Source of the DNA: a virus
Lineage: Duplodnaviria; Caudoviricetes
IMG/VR virus record: IMGVR_UViG_3300033067_001279
Location: 1-50,029 of that record
DNA length: 50,029 nt
Strand: one strand, 5' to 3'
The notes below the pieces were generated by a model that worked only from the letters and a program-made list of their open reading frames with translations, did not search any database and was not told the origin of the DNA. The position numbers were made by a program, and so were the translations under genes. The first letter of the stretch is position 1. Every line of letters starts with the position of its first letter. This document shows positions 1-7,938 of this stretch, in pieces.

Positions 1-62
1 ACCAGCGAGCCAGTGACCCACGCCTCCATGCCGTCAAGGAACTCCATGTCACTCTCGCTCAT
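1..62 (-). CDS. 5' part of a small DUF551-like protein that continues across the window junction (joins 49945..50029)
   Basis: ATG at 62 overlaps the TGA of ORF 59..256 (ATGA coupling). It reads MSESDMEFLDGMEAWVTGSL and leaves GT, which joins base 50029 in frame to give V-WLTFWQNGARCNATMWMPLPPPPQESA*. Confidence 0.65.
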   Translation of the reverse strand, partial: MSESDMEFLDGMEAWVTGSL

Positions 63-256
63 GTGCGCGGCTCCTGTAGGGGGAGGATGAAAGCGGGAAG
101 GTCTGTGAAGCCCGGCACTGGGTGCGGTCCCATTGCATATGGCCATGAGGCCAGACCGGCGCGGAGGGCGGCCTCCCACATCCTCAACGGTACGAAGATC
201 GGGCATACGGACTGCATTGCGGTCACCACCTCGGGCGGGATGTGTATGTCAGCCAT
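59..256 (-). CDS. Small hypothetical protein, paralog of 249..467
   Basis: Coupled ORF; shares the IxIPP...VPL...AA...LAxWP...LP(L/I)xE pattern with its neighbour. Confidence 0.7.
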   Translation of the reverse strand: MADIHIPPEVVTAMQSVCPIFVPLRMWEAALRAGLASWPYAMGPHPVPGFTDLPAFILPLQEPRT

Positions 257-467
257 TGGGCTCCTCCCCGATCGGCAGCACCACCACGCTCTGGCCGTTG
301 GGCCTCAGAGTGACGGCATGCGAGCTGCCATTTGTCAGGTAGCCCATGCGCGGCCAGGCAGCGAGGGCGCCGGCGATGGCCGCGGCAATCGTCTCGAGCG
401 GTACATGGTCACCGATCACGGCTTGCGCGGCGCGCCTGGCGGCCGGCGGGATTGGGATCTGGCTCAT
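249..467 (-). CDS. Small hypothetical protein, paralog of 59..256
   Basis: GGGAGG RBS upstream, ATGA overlap with 464..628, same motif pattern. Confidence 0.7.
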   Translation of the reverse strand: MSQIPIPPAARRAAQAVIGDHVPLETIAAAIAGALAAWPRMGYLTNGSSHAVTLRPNGQSVVVLPIGEEPNG

Positions 468-628
468 CGCTCGGCCCTCCCTGGCCGCGGGGGTGGGTCA
501 TCATCGGCCGCGGCGTGGTCATAGCCGGCCAGGAAATCGGTGGGCCACACCGGGTTGCGCGGCTTGCCGCTCATGTAGGCGGCACGGCCCTGGCGCAGGG
601 CTTCGCGGCGGCGGATCTCGTCATCCAT
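464..628 (-). CDS. 54-aa protein with an RMF-like motif (below the ORF-track cutoff)
   Basis: Hand translation MDDEIRRREALRQGRAAYMSGKPRNPVWPTDFLAGYDHAAADDDPPPRPGRAER; fills the gap exactly, GC-rich third positions, stop overlaps the next ATG. Confidence 0.6.
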   Translation of the reverse strand: MDDEIRRREALRQGRAAYMSGKPRNPVWPTDFLAGYDHAAADDDPPPRPGRAER

Positions 629-636
629 GGCGGGCC

Positions 637-864
637 TCAATCCGGCAACACAATGGCGCCGGAGCGATCGAACTTCACCTCCATGATCGCCACCTGGCGC
701 GCGATCATGTCGAGGCTCGCCGGCAACGCCTTGCGCTTGCCAGTCTCATAGCCGAGCAGCGTTGTTTCCCCGATCCCACACAACTGGGCAAATTCGGGTT
801 GCGTCATGTCGAACCACGCTCGAATAGCGCGAAGCTGGCGCGGGCTCGGGATGGGATACTCCAT
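637..864 (-). CDS. XRE-family helix-turn-helix regulator (repressor-like)
   Basis: QLRAIRAWFDMTQPEFAQLCGIGETTLLGYETGKR is an HTH_3-type signature; CGGAGG RBS before ATG 864; divergent from the early operon. Confidence 0.85.
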   Translation of the reverse strand: MEYPIPSPRQLRAIRAWFDMTQPEFAQLCGIGETTLLGYETGKRKALPASLDMIARQVAIMEVKFDRSGAIVLPD

Positions 865-1003
865 TGTTTTCCTCCGTTTCGGATGTTGGAAAACTTGCAC
901 CCGAATTTTCGCGCCGTCAACGGCCGAAACGCGCTTGGACGGCCGGTAACGATTGCAGCACCCCCTATTCTACTGGGTTTTATGCGTTTATCTGCGACAC
1001 CCC

Positions 1004-1075
1004 GCCACACCGCGCGACGGTGGTTTTCCCTTGCATCCTCGATCGGGTGGGCTCATCTTGGGTTTGCAAGAGGAG
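1004..1075 (+). promoter_or_regulatory. Early promoter cassette, copy 1 (upstream box, sigma70-like -35/-10, RBS)
   Basis: GCCACACCGCG-N6-TGGTTTT-N-CC-TTGCAT-N17-CATCTT-N6-GCAAGAGGAG; gap-free collinear match to 2590..2661. Confidence 0.75.
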
Positions 1076-1083
1076 ATTAGACC

Positions 1084-1323
1084 ATGCCCACACAATCGAA
1101 GCGTTCCGAGTTCCTGGACAAGATCATCACGATTGACGGAGACACCTGGCGGGTTGTCGGGGTCGGGGCCACGGACGCCGATGGGTTCATATACATGCAC
1201 CTGGCCAGCACGACACGGTTTCGGGATCAGAAGAATGGCCGCAGCCCGGTTCAGGCCGCGCACTGGCTGGCGCCTGAGATCTTCGGGCTGGCCGAAAACA
1301 TGACCAAGATGGGGGAGGCATGA
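1084..1323 (+). CDS. Early hypothetical protein
   Basis: Strong GAGGAG RBS; first gene after the promoter; coupled to the next gene. Confidence 0.75.
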   Translation: MPTQSKRSEFLDKIITIDGDTWRVVGVGATDADGFIYMHLASTTRFRDQKNGRSPVQAAHWLAPEIFGLAENMTKMGEA

Positions 1324-1892
1324 CCATGCACAGACTGATGACCAAGGAAGACCGGGCCCAGGCCAAGAGTTTCTGGATCAAGGGCAAGGCCAAGGTTCAG
1401 CCCAAGGGGCTCCCCCTGGAGTTCTACATTGACGAGACTGCCGGCAAGTTCCGGCTGATCGCGTTCCGGGGAACCGCTGGCCGGCCGTGTGCCCACTTCT
1501 GGTTTAAGACGGCCGAGAAGCGGGCTGCCTATATGGCCCAGATGATCGAGAGCGCCAAGATAACCGCCGACTACAAGGCGAAGCAAAAGCCGGGCGCCGT
1601 CGAGCGCAAGCTCGAGGTTGGCCATATCCTGTATACCTCCTGGGGCTACGATCAGACCAATACCGATTTCTACCAGGTCACCGCGTTGAAGGGTCAGACC
1701 ATGGTCATGGTCCGGAAAATGGCTTCGAGCTGCCAGGAGACGGGGTTCATGTCCGGCAAGTCGCTGCCTGGCGAGGGCCTGATCGGTGAGCCGATCGCCT
1801 GCCGGGTCCGGAACGGAAACTCGATCAGGGTCAACGGGCACGCGGCCTGGATCTGGAACGGCACGCCCAAGGCGGTGAGCTGGTACGCCTGA
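1320..1892 (+). CDS. Early hypothetical protein with an SWGYDQTN-DFYQV motif
   Basis: VGHILYTSWGYDQTNTDFYQV is a motif I associate with phage and plasmid early proteins; function unknown; good codon bias. Confidence 0.75.
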   Translation: MTMHRLMTKEDRAQAKSFWIKGKAKVQPKGLPLEFYIDETAGKFRLIAFRGTAGRPCAHFWFKTAEKRAAYMAQMIESAKITADYKAKQKPGAVERKLEVGHILYTSWGYDQTNTDFYQVTALKGQTMVMVRKMASSCQETGFMSGKSLPGEGLIGEPIACRVRNGNSIRVNGHAAWIWNGTPKAVSWYA

Positions 1893-1944
1893 GCTGAGAA
1901 GCCCGCCCTTGCGGGGGCGGGTCACTCAACTGAGGAGAACGGAC

Positions 1945-2313
1945 ATGCAGGAAGCACCTTCGATTTTCAATCCCGAGACTGAGGAATGGGATCCCCTGCC
2001 CTTCACCTGGGCGATCTGCTCGCGCTGCGACGGGCACGGCAAGAGCTCGGCTTACCTGGGCGCCTTCACCGGCGAGCAGATGCGCGAGGATCCCGAATTC
2101 GCGCGGGACTATATGGCCGGCGTCTATGACCGGGCGTGCGATTGCTGCGGCGGGGCCGGGAAGGTCAAGGAGCCGGACCTGGGCAAGATGACGCCGGAGC
2201 AGCACGCGGCCTGGGAGATCGAGCTCCACGATCGGGTCCAGGACGCCGCGGCGGAGCGCTCGGAGCGCATGATGGACCCCGAATATCTGGCCGAGCTGAG
2301 GGGGGGCTATTGA
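1945..2313 (+). CDS. Early protein with DnaJ-type CxxCxGxG zinc-binding repeats
   Basis: CSRCDGHG ... CDCCGGAG; GAGGAG RBS before ATG 1945. Confidence 0.75.
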   Translation: MQEAPSIFNPETEEWDPLPFTWAICSRCDGHGKSSAYLGAFTGEQMREDPEFARDYMAGVYDRACDCCGGAGKVKEPDLGKMTPEQHAAWEIELHDRVQDAAAERSERMMDPEYLAELRGGY

Positions 2314-2606
2314 TCCGGACCTGGCGCGACACGCCGAAGCCTGGCGAGACGGATGGCGGGTGGTTCTACAGCAAGAGCGTTGAGGGCCACGTCCAGGAGA
2401 TCAAGGGCGGGTTCAAGAGCCAGGCCGAGGCGCGCCTGGCCGCCGGCGGGCGCACGCCCTGCACCAACCCCGAGTGCGTCGACGGCATGGGCTGGGTCAC
2501 CTGGAACGAAGGCGGGTTCGAGCGCGGCCGCTACTGGGAGACGTGCCACGTCTGCGACGGCCGCGGCTACCTCGAGGGTGCGGCCGCCTGCCACACCGCG
2601 TTGTGA
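2310..2606 (+). CDS. Early protein with a C-terminal zinc-finger motif
   Basis: TTG start overlapping the previous TGA; CTNPEC...CHVCDGRG. Confidence 0.6.
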   Translation: MIRTWRDTPKPGETDGGWFYSKSVEGHVQEIKGGFKSQAEARLAAGGRTPCTNPECVDGMGWVTWNEGGFERGRYWETCHVCDGRGYLEGAAACHTAL

Positions 2607-2661
2607 TGGTTTTACCTTGCACGGAGGCGAGAAACCTTGCACATTGAGGGCGCAAGAGGAG
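2590..2661 (+). promoter_or_regulatory. Early promoter cassette, copy 2
   Basis: GCCACACCGCG-N6-TGGTTTT-N-CC-TTGCAC-N17-CACATT-N6-GCAAGAGGAG; same spacing as 1004..1075. Confidence 0.75.
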
Positions 2662-2670
2662 TTCCAAAAC

Positions 2671-2865
2671 ATGCCACGCAAGATGAGTTTTGAACAGGCC
2701 AAGGCGAAGTTCCCATATCGCTTCACCATGGAGCACGTTCCGGAGTGGGCGAGCCTCGAGAAGCGCAAGATTGATCGCAAGGTGTACGCCGGCAAGGCCT
2801 CGAGGAAGGATGTCCTCCGCGGGCTGGATATGCTCCGGAAGTCACGCGCACAGGCCGGCCAATGA
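2671..2865 (+). CDS. Small basic early protein
   Basis: ATG 2671 after a GAGGAG RBS; MPRKMSFEQAKAKFPYRFTMEHVPEW. Confidence 0.7.
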   Translation: MPRKMSFEQAKAKFPYRFTMEHVPEWASLEKRKIDRKVYAGKASRKDVLRGLDMLRKSRAQAGQ

Positions 2866-3068
2866 CCCGGAAGGAAGCGCACCGCCTGGTCAAGACGTTT
2901 AACGGGCCGGTCGCCTGGACGGCGACTTGCCCCTACTGCAAGGACTGCATGCGGGTGCTCCGCAAGTCCCTCCTCGAGGCGCCCATCACATGGGGCCAGA
3001 GGACCAAGGTGATCGCAGAGATTGCCGAGCACATCATCACCAATCACCCAGGGAGAAAGACCACATGA
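2862..3068 (+). CDS. Small early protein, possible C2H2-like metal site
   Basis: ATGA coupling; CPYC...HIITNH. Confidence 0.6.
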   Translation: MTRKEAHRLVKTFNGPVAWTATCPYCKDCMRVLRKSLLEAPITWGQRTKVIAEIAEHIITNHPGRKTT

Positions 3069-3328
3069 GCCAGATTGTCGGGTTTGACGCCCGGTCCTAC
3101 CCCAGCCCAAAGGGCGCCGAGATCGGCAACATGATCCTGTTGACGATCCTTACCGAGCGCGCCGATGGCTCGGTGAAAGCCTATTCGGGCATTGTCCCGG
3201 ACACCTCCCGCCAGGATCCGCAATACCGCGAGCCGGCAAAGTGGGTCCAGAGGCACGGCTCGCCGCTCCGCCTTATGGAGGCGCGCCGCATCTGGCCCGG
3301 CCTTCGAGATATGGAGTACGCAGCATGA
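3065..3328 (+). CDS. Small early hypothetical protein
   Basis: ATGA coupling at 3065, GGGAG RBS; MSQIVGFDAR... Confidence 0.65.
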   Translation: MSQIVGFDARSYPSPKGAEIGNMILLTILTERADGSVKAYSGIVPDTSRQDPQYREPAKWVQRHGSPLRLMEARRIWPGLRDMEYAA

Positions 3329-3609
3329 GCCAGCCCGCCAAGATCTACCCAAGCCGGGCCCTCGAGGAGGAGCTCACCAAGCGCGATTGTAGGGTGCGCT
3401 GCCTCTGGCAGCTCGCCGGGCCGAAGAACACCGGGGTTGCCTGGATAGAATGCCTCGCCATCTGGACGCCCGGCGGCGCCAGTTCCACCGCCATTGTGCA
3501 GACTTTCAAAGAGGGTGGATGGGATGTTTACATTTCGAGCGGCCACATCGAGGTGAGCGCCACCGTCGATGAGGTGATCGCCAGGATCAAAAAAGGGGGC
3601 CGGGCATGA
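3325..3609 (+). CDS. Small early hypothetical protein
   Basis: ATGA coupling at 3325, GGAG RBS; MSQPAKIYPS... Confidence 0.65.
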   Translation: MSQPAKIYPSRALEEELTKRDCRVRCLWQLAGPKNTGVAWIECLAIWTPGGASSTAIVQTFKEGGWDVYISSGHIEVSATVDEVIARIKKGGRA

Positions 3610-3794
3610 GGTGGCATGAGGAGGAGGGCGGGCCGGTCCTGCGCCAGCGCAACGGCATGCTGCTGGCCCGGGTGTCTTTCACCGGCCTGCGCTGGAGGGC
3701 CACGACATGGACGCGCAAGGGCTCATCCAGCCTTGTGAGCAACAACCTGCGCGAGGCGATCGAGTGGTGCGAGGAGGAGCTTGGATTCGCATGA
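3606..3794 (+). CDS. Small early hypothetical protein
   Basis: ATGA coupling on both sides. Confidence 0.6.
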   Translation: MRWHEEEGGPVLRQRNGMLLARVSFTGLRWRATTWTRKGSSSLVSNNLREAIEWCEEELGFA

Positions 3795-3994
3795 AGTACC
3801 GGATTGAGGAGAAGCGCACGAACAACAAGGGCGGGCCCAACTTCCGGCCGTGGCGCATCGTCACCGCCGGCGGGCGGCTGGTGCGCTGCTACACGTCCCA
3901 TGCCATTGCCCTGGTCGCCCTCGATCTCCTCGAGGCCGGCCATCCCTGCCCGCGGCGGGAGATTTACCGGAGGCTCGCACATGGGCAGGGCTGA
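3791..3994 (+). CDS. Small early hypothetical protein
   Basis: ATGA coupling at 3791; MKYRIEEKRT... Confidence 0.55.
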   Translation: MKYRIEEKRTNNKGGPNFRPWRIVTAGGRLVRCYTSHAIALVALDLLEAGHPCPRREIYRRLAHGQG

Positions 3995-4244
3995 GACGAT
4001 CGCCAAGTGCAAGGAGCTCGAGGCCGAGCACCGGACCATGATCCTGGCCAATCGCTATCTCAAGGCTGGCAAGCTCGATCGGCTGCCCGGCCTGGGGATC
4101 CCGCCCCGCGAGATCGCCCGGCTGGTCGCGGTGGGCGGCTACAGCTCGGCCGAGATCCTCCGGATGCGCGATACTATCCGCTATTACCGGGTGAAATCGC
4201 GGCGCAAGCTGTGGCTGCCAGAGCCGAAAGGGGGCGCGCAATGA
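3981..4244 (+). CDS. Small early hypothetical protein
   Basis: GGAGG RBS before ATG 3981; MGRAETIAKC... Confidence 0.6.
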   Translation: MGRAETIAKCKELEAEHRTMILANRYLKAGKLDRLPGLGIPPREIARLVAVGGYSSAEILRMRDTIRYYRVKSRRKLWLPEPKGGAQ

Positions 4245-4519
4245 GCCCGTTCGCCGCGGTGTGCGTGTCGATCGTTCTGCCCTACACCCTCCAGGTGGGC
4301 CCGGCGATCGAGCAGGGCACGGTTGCATTCCGCACGCCGGCGCATTGTTCCGAGGGATACCTTCCCAATGCCGCCGTCCTGCCACAGAGCGAGGCGTTGG
4401 CGGCCGTTCCGCCGCCGCCTCCTAAGACGGTAGCCAAGGCCAAGAAGCCCGGCCGGCGGCCTCCCTGCAAGCCCGGGCGCACCCGGAATTCACGCGGGTT
4501 CTGCGGCCGCTGGGGCTGA
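4241..4519 (+). CDS. Hypothetical protein with a hydrophobic N-terminus and basic C-terminus
   Basis: ATGA coupling at 4241; last gene of the early + operon. Confidence 0.5.
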   Translation: MSPFAAVCVSIVLPYTLQVGPAIEQGTVAFRTPAHCSEGYLPNAAVLPQSEALAAVPPPPPKTVAKAKKPGRRPPCKPGRTRNSRGFCGRWG

Positions 4520-4792
4520 CTCGTCCACAAATCGGATATAGCGGAGCTCCGGCGTCTCGATTGTGCAGATGCCGGGCGCCGCGATCACCACCGGGCGGCT
4601 CCGGTAGATCTCCATGAACTTGCCCTCATCGTCCCGCATGAAACGGGTCCAGAGCTGGTTACCCCGCACCATTTTGCCGCGGTTGAGGAGGTCGGTCAGC
4701 TCCTCGATGCTGCCGATCTCCGTCTCGAGGTCGATATAGACGGACGTGCCTTTTTCATTCTTCCTGGTCGTCCAGATCCGGAAAACATTCAT
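4490..4792 (-). CDS. Hypothetical protein
   Basis: Coding-like composition; last gene of the - strand replication operon. Confidence 0.65.
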   Translation of the reverse strand: MNVFRIWTTRKNEKGTSVYIDLETEIGSIEELTDLLNRGKMVRGNQLWTRFMRDDEGKFMEIYRSRPVVIAAPGICTIETPELRYIRFVDESAPAAAEPA

Positions 4793-4811
4793 GGGTTAAT
4801 CCCCCCCAAAT

Positions 4812-5972
4812 TCACACGTTGAACAGGTCCACGGCCCGCGCCAGGCGGTCCCGAGCTATTTGCAAATATGACGCTTCGCGTTCTACTCCAATAAATTGCA
4901 GTCCTTCTCTCATCGCTGCCTTGCCGGTCGAGCCCGAACCCATGAATGGGTCAAGCACCGTGCCACCCGGCGGCGTCACCAGGCGGCAGAGATAGGCCAT
5001 CAGGTCCGTGGGCTTCACCGTCGGGTGCGAATTGTCCTCGCCACGGTCTGCCTTGCTCGCCTTGGCGCAGTAAAAGAAACGCGCCGCCGATCCGGAATCA
5101 CCGCGCGGTCGAAAATCGCGGCGCGGACCCCATTCGCCATATGCGTTGACGCTCGCCTTCTCGCCATGTTGGGGGCCTACCGCACCGGATTGGCCTGGCG
5201 CTTGCGGGAACGCGGCAACGACCTCGTCGCTTCCATCGTGGATGAGGTTGGCGGGCCAGCGGCCTAGGTTTTCGGAACGATCCGTTGACGCCCGGCTCCG
5301 CTCTGCAGCCAATGCAGCCGAATTTCCGTCTTGCATCCACGGCCTTTGCCAACCTTCATGCTTGCCACTCCGGTCAACATCGACGTTGTTATTTCCGCCG
5401 CCTAGTTTCTCACCCGTGTGCGGCACCCGGCACCCGTCGATGTTCAGCGCCCCGGTACCATGCGCCTGCACATTGGCGGCTACCGTGCCGATAAGCGGCT
5501 TGCGGGCAATCGTAATGGGCTCAAGGGCGGGCTTTAGAGCAGTTCCCCAGCCCTGCCATTTGCCATCGAGATTGTGCGATTTCGGGAAGCCTGAGCCGTA
5601 CACCCACGCGATCATGTCGCGGATTTCAAAGCCCGCATCCTCGATATTCACCGCCATCCGGTGTTGCGTGCGGGTGCCGGCAAAGGCGAGCAAATGACCG
5701 CCTGGGCGCAGGACGCGCAAAACCTCGCGCCAGATTTCAACCGGCGGAACGTCACTGTCCCATTTCATGCCCATGAAGCCGCCGGGCCCGTTGCCGGTGC
5801 CGATCCGCGACCGGCCATAGGGGCTTTCCAGGTCAACGCTCGCAACGCCGCTGCCGCCTTTCTTGGCCGACGTGAGGCCATAGGGCGGATCGGTCACACA
5901 GGCATCGACGCTGCACGCTGGAAGCGCGCGCAATACTTCAAGGCAATCCCCATGGTGCAAGGTGTAAGTCAA
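4812..5972 (-). CDS. DNA methyltransferase, N4-cytosine/N6-adenine beta class
   Basis: LHHGDCLEVL...VTDPPYG catalytic motif, HPTVKP, C-terminal VLDPFMGSGSTG SAM-binding motif. Confidence 0.93.
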   Translation of the reverse strand: MTYTLHHGDCLEVLRALPACSVDACVTDPPYGLTSAKKGGSGVASVDLESPYGRSRIGTGNGPGGFMGMKWDSDVPPVEIWREVLRVLRPGGHLLAFAGTRTQHRMAVNIEDAGFEIRDMIAWVYGSGFPKSHNLDGKWQGWGTALKPALEPITIARKPLIGTVAANVQAHGTGALNIDGCRVPHTGEKLGGGNNNVDVDRSGKHEGWQRPWMQDGNSAALAAERSRASTDRSENLGRWPANLIHDGSDEVVAAFPQAPGQSGAVGPQHGEKASVNAYGEWGPRRDFRPRGDSGSAARFFYCAKASKADRGEDNSHPTVKPTDLMAYLCRLVTPPGGTVLDPFMGSGSTGKAAMREGLQFIGVEREASYLQIARDRLARAVDLFNV

Positions 5973-6214
5973 GATTGGCCATCCGGGTTTTGGGGAATCG
6001 GGGTTTCAGGGGTTGCGGCCAGCACCCATTTTCGATTGTCGCGCAACCATATGAGCGTGGTGTAAGCCGCCTCGAGGCGGGCGAGGTGCTCGTCTGCCTC
6101 GCCCTGGCGCATCTTCCCGCGGGCCACCATGCCCGGATAGACGTTGCGCCGGAGGCCGATCTCGCGGCCCACCTCGGAGATCTGCTGCTCGATCGGGATC
6201 TTGCGCTCGCTCAT
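5969..6214 (-). CDS. Small phage hypothetical protein
   Basis: EVGREIGLRRNVYPGMVARGKM pattern recognisable from phage replication regions; coupled ORF. Confidence 0.7.
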   Translation of the reverse strand: MSERKIPIEQQISEVGREIGLRRNVYPGMVARGKMRQGEADEHLARLEAAYTTLIWLRDNRKWVLAATPETPIPQNPDGQS

Positions 6215-6819
6215 GGCTTTTCAGCTCCGGCCGCGGCGCCGCCGATCAGCGCCGCCACCTGGGCCCGCCGGCGCTCGAGCTCCTCCTCCGGGATCTTCTC
6301 CCACTTCGCCCGCTCCTCGGCCTCCGCCTTGCGCCGATCGTGCTCGCGGAGCATCCAGTGCGCGGTGAGCTTGATGTGCTCGCGCTTGGCGCGCTCCGCC
6401 TCGAGGGCCTCCGTCACCTCCGCCACGGTGGGCAGATATTTCAGCTTCGAGGGGAGCCCGATCACCGGATCCACCACCCGCCGGACGAAATCATGCTCCA
6501 CCGCCATGAACACCGCCACCATGGCCATGCTGTAGGTTTCGGCATCGTGCACCTGGCGGGCCGGGTACATGCCGAGGAGCAGCTTTACTGCCTGGGCAGC
6601 CTCGAGCTCGGTGGTCATCCGCCGGCCGCGCGCCTGGATCTCGGCAATGATCGACTCGCAATCAATACGAGGCAACAGGATCGTCCTCTGGTCGAGCCCA
6701 ATAGTCGCCTCCTTGATCAGGTGCGAGATCGCTTCGGCGGTCCTTTGCTTGTCGGATCCGAGCGTTGCAGGCGTCCATAAGGTCGGATTGTCCAGTCTTG
6801 CCGGTAACGAGGTATTCAT
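6211..6819 (-). CDS. Replication accessory protein (helicase loader/inhibitor-like)
   Basis: Directly downstream of the initiator; LLGMYP...KYLPTVAEV pattern; start placed at ATG 6819 because the upstream part is dominated by the initiator frame. Confidence 0.6.
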   Translation of the reverse strand: MNTSLPARLDNPTLWTPATLGSDKQRTAEAISHLIKEATIGLDQRTILLPRIDCESIIAEIQARGRRMTTELEAAQAVKLLLGMYPARQVHDAETYSMAMVAVFMAVEHDFVRRVVDPVIGLPSKLKYLPTVAEVTEALEAERAKREHIKLTAHWMLREHDRRKAEAEERAKWEKIPEEELERRRAQVAALIGGAAAGAEKP

Positions 6820-7504
6820 CTTTCCATCCCTGTTGATTGAGCCACGTAAGGGCCTGTTTGACATATCGCGTTCCCACCTGGCCGGTGGCCTCGAGGTGCC
6901 TGGCGTAGTCGTGGGCGCCGGCGATGATAGCCTCCTCGGCAATGCCGCTCGCCACCAGGGCAACGAATTTCTTTTCCGCCGCCGGCCAGGACTGCGAGCC
7001 TTCGCGCTTTGGGTAGGCCGCCTGGAATTCGTCCCACCGCCCAGCCGCGGCTTTGCGGGTGACGGCCTCGGCCCTGAGAGCTGCCACGCCCCGGACTTCG
7101 ATCGGCTCGAGGTCGAGGGTCTCGTTCGCGCGGACTGTGAGAGGGGCGGATGGTGGGGGGATTATAGGGGGGGTTTGGGGTGCAGGGGAAAGGGGGGGAA
7201 CAAGGGGGGCGGAAGGAGGGGAGAGAGGCTGTCCACCCGATTCCGCATCGTGTCCACCCGACTTTCCACCCGACTTTCCACTTTGTCCACCCGACTCGCG
7301 GTCAGCACGGCGTTTGGCGCGATACTCCCGGTCCCATGCTTTGCGGCGCTCGTAGGCGTCAAGATCGGCCTGTGATGTGTCGGCGCGTCCACCCGACTTT
7401 CCACTTTGTCCACCCGACTCGAAGGCCTCGATAGCCAAGGCGATCACCTCGGGGGTGGCCCCGGCGGCAACGAGCTGGCGATAGATTTCGGACAGAGGTC
7501 TCAC
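6662..7504 (-). CDS. Phage replication initiator (lambda O-like architecture)
   Basis: C-terminal WDEFQAAYPKR...YVKQALTWLNQQGWKDE domain, Pro-rich linker, internal iteron repeats. Confidence 0.75.
   Translation of the reverse strand: MRPLSEIYRQLVAAGATPEVIALAIEAFESGGQSGKSGGRADTSQADLDAYERRKAWDREYRAKRRADRESGGQSGKSGGKSGGHDAESGGQPLSPPSAPLVPPLSPAPQTPPIIPPPSAPLTVRANETLDLEPIEVRGVAALRAEAVTRKAAAGRWDEFQAAYPKREGSQSWPAAEKKFVALVASGIAEEAIIAGAHDYARHLEATGQVGTRYVKQALTWLNQQGWKDEYLVTGKTGQSDLMDACNARIRQAKDRRSDLAPDQGGDYWARPEDDPVASY
7232..7421. repeat. Iteron-like direct repeats; probable replication origin
   Basis: TCCACCCGA at 7232, 7253, 7265, 7286, 7388 and 7409; 34-bp duplication at 7265..7298 and 7388..7421. 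Confidence 0.75.
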
Positions 7505-7638
7505 GCGCGCCTCGCGGATTCTCTTGAAATCAACCGGCGGTATGCTATGCCATTGCGCATCGGCAAATTCTCCTCTTGCAGCGGTTAAGGTGTCGATCGG
7601 GCCCGGGCTGACTCATCCTCAGCGCCGGGCCTTGCGTT

Positions 7639-7938
7639 TCATAGTGAGCGGTTGCGCTCGAGTGTGTCAAGGCGAGCTTTCAGTGCATACACTAGTCGCA
7701 CGGTTGCATTTCGGTAGCCGGTCCGGTGATAGATCTCGAGCGCGATATCCGGCACGGCCCGCTCGCCCCACAATTCTCGTACGATTTTTAGGGCTTCGGG
7801 CAGATACAACCATTCCGCCCGCTGCTCATCACTCGTCAGTTGCCCCTTGGGCGGCCGCCTCAGTCTGTCCACAGCCGGGGTCTGAGTTATCCCCGTCTCC
7901 GGGGTGTAGGGCGGGATTATCGGAACGCGCATTGTCAA
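7639..7938 (-). CDS. Hypothetical protein
   Basis: Coupled to the end of the C5 MTase; coding-like composition. Confidence 0.55.
   Translation of the reverse strand: MTMRVPIIPPYTPETGITQTPAVDRLRRPPKGQLTSDEQRAEWLYLPEALKIVRELWGERAVPDIALEIYHRTGYRNATVRLVYALKARLDTLERNRSL

Noticed and set aside
7232-7421. CRISPR-like array
   Set aside because: The repeats are 9-34 bp, irregularly spaced and inside a coding frame; iterons explain them better and no cas genes are present.
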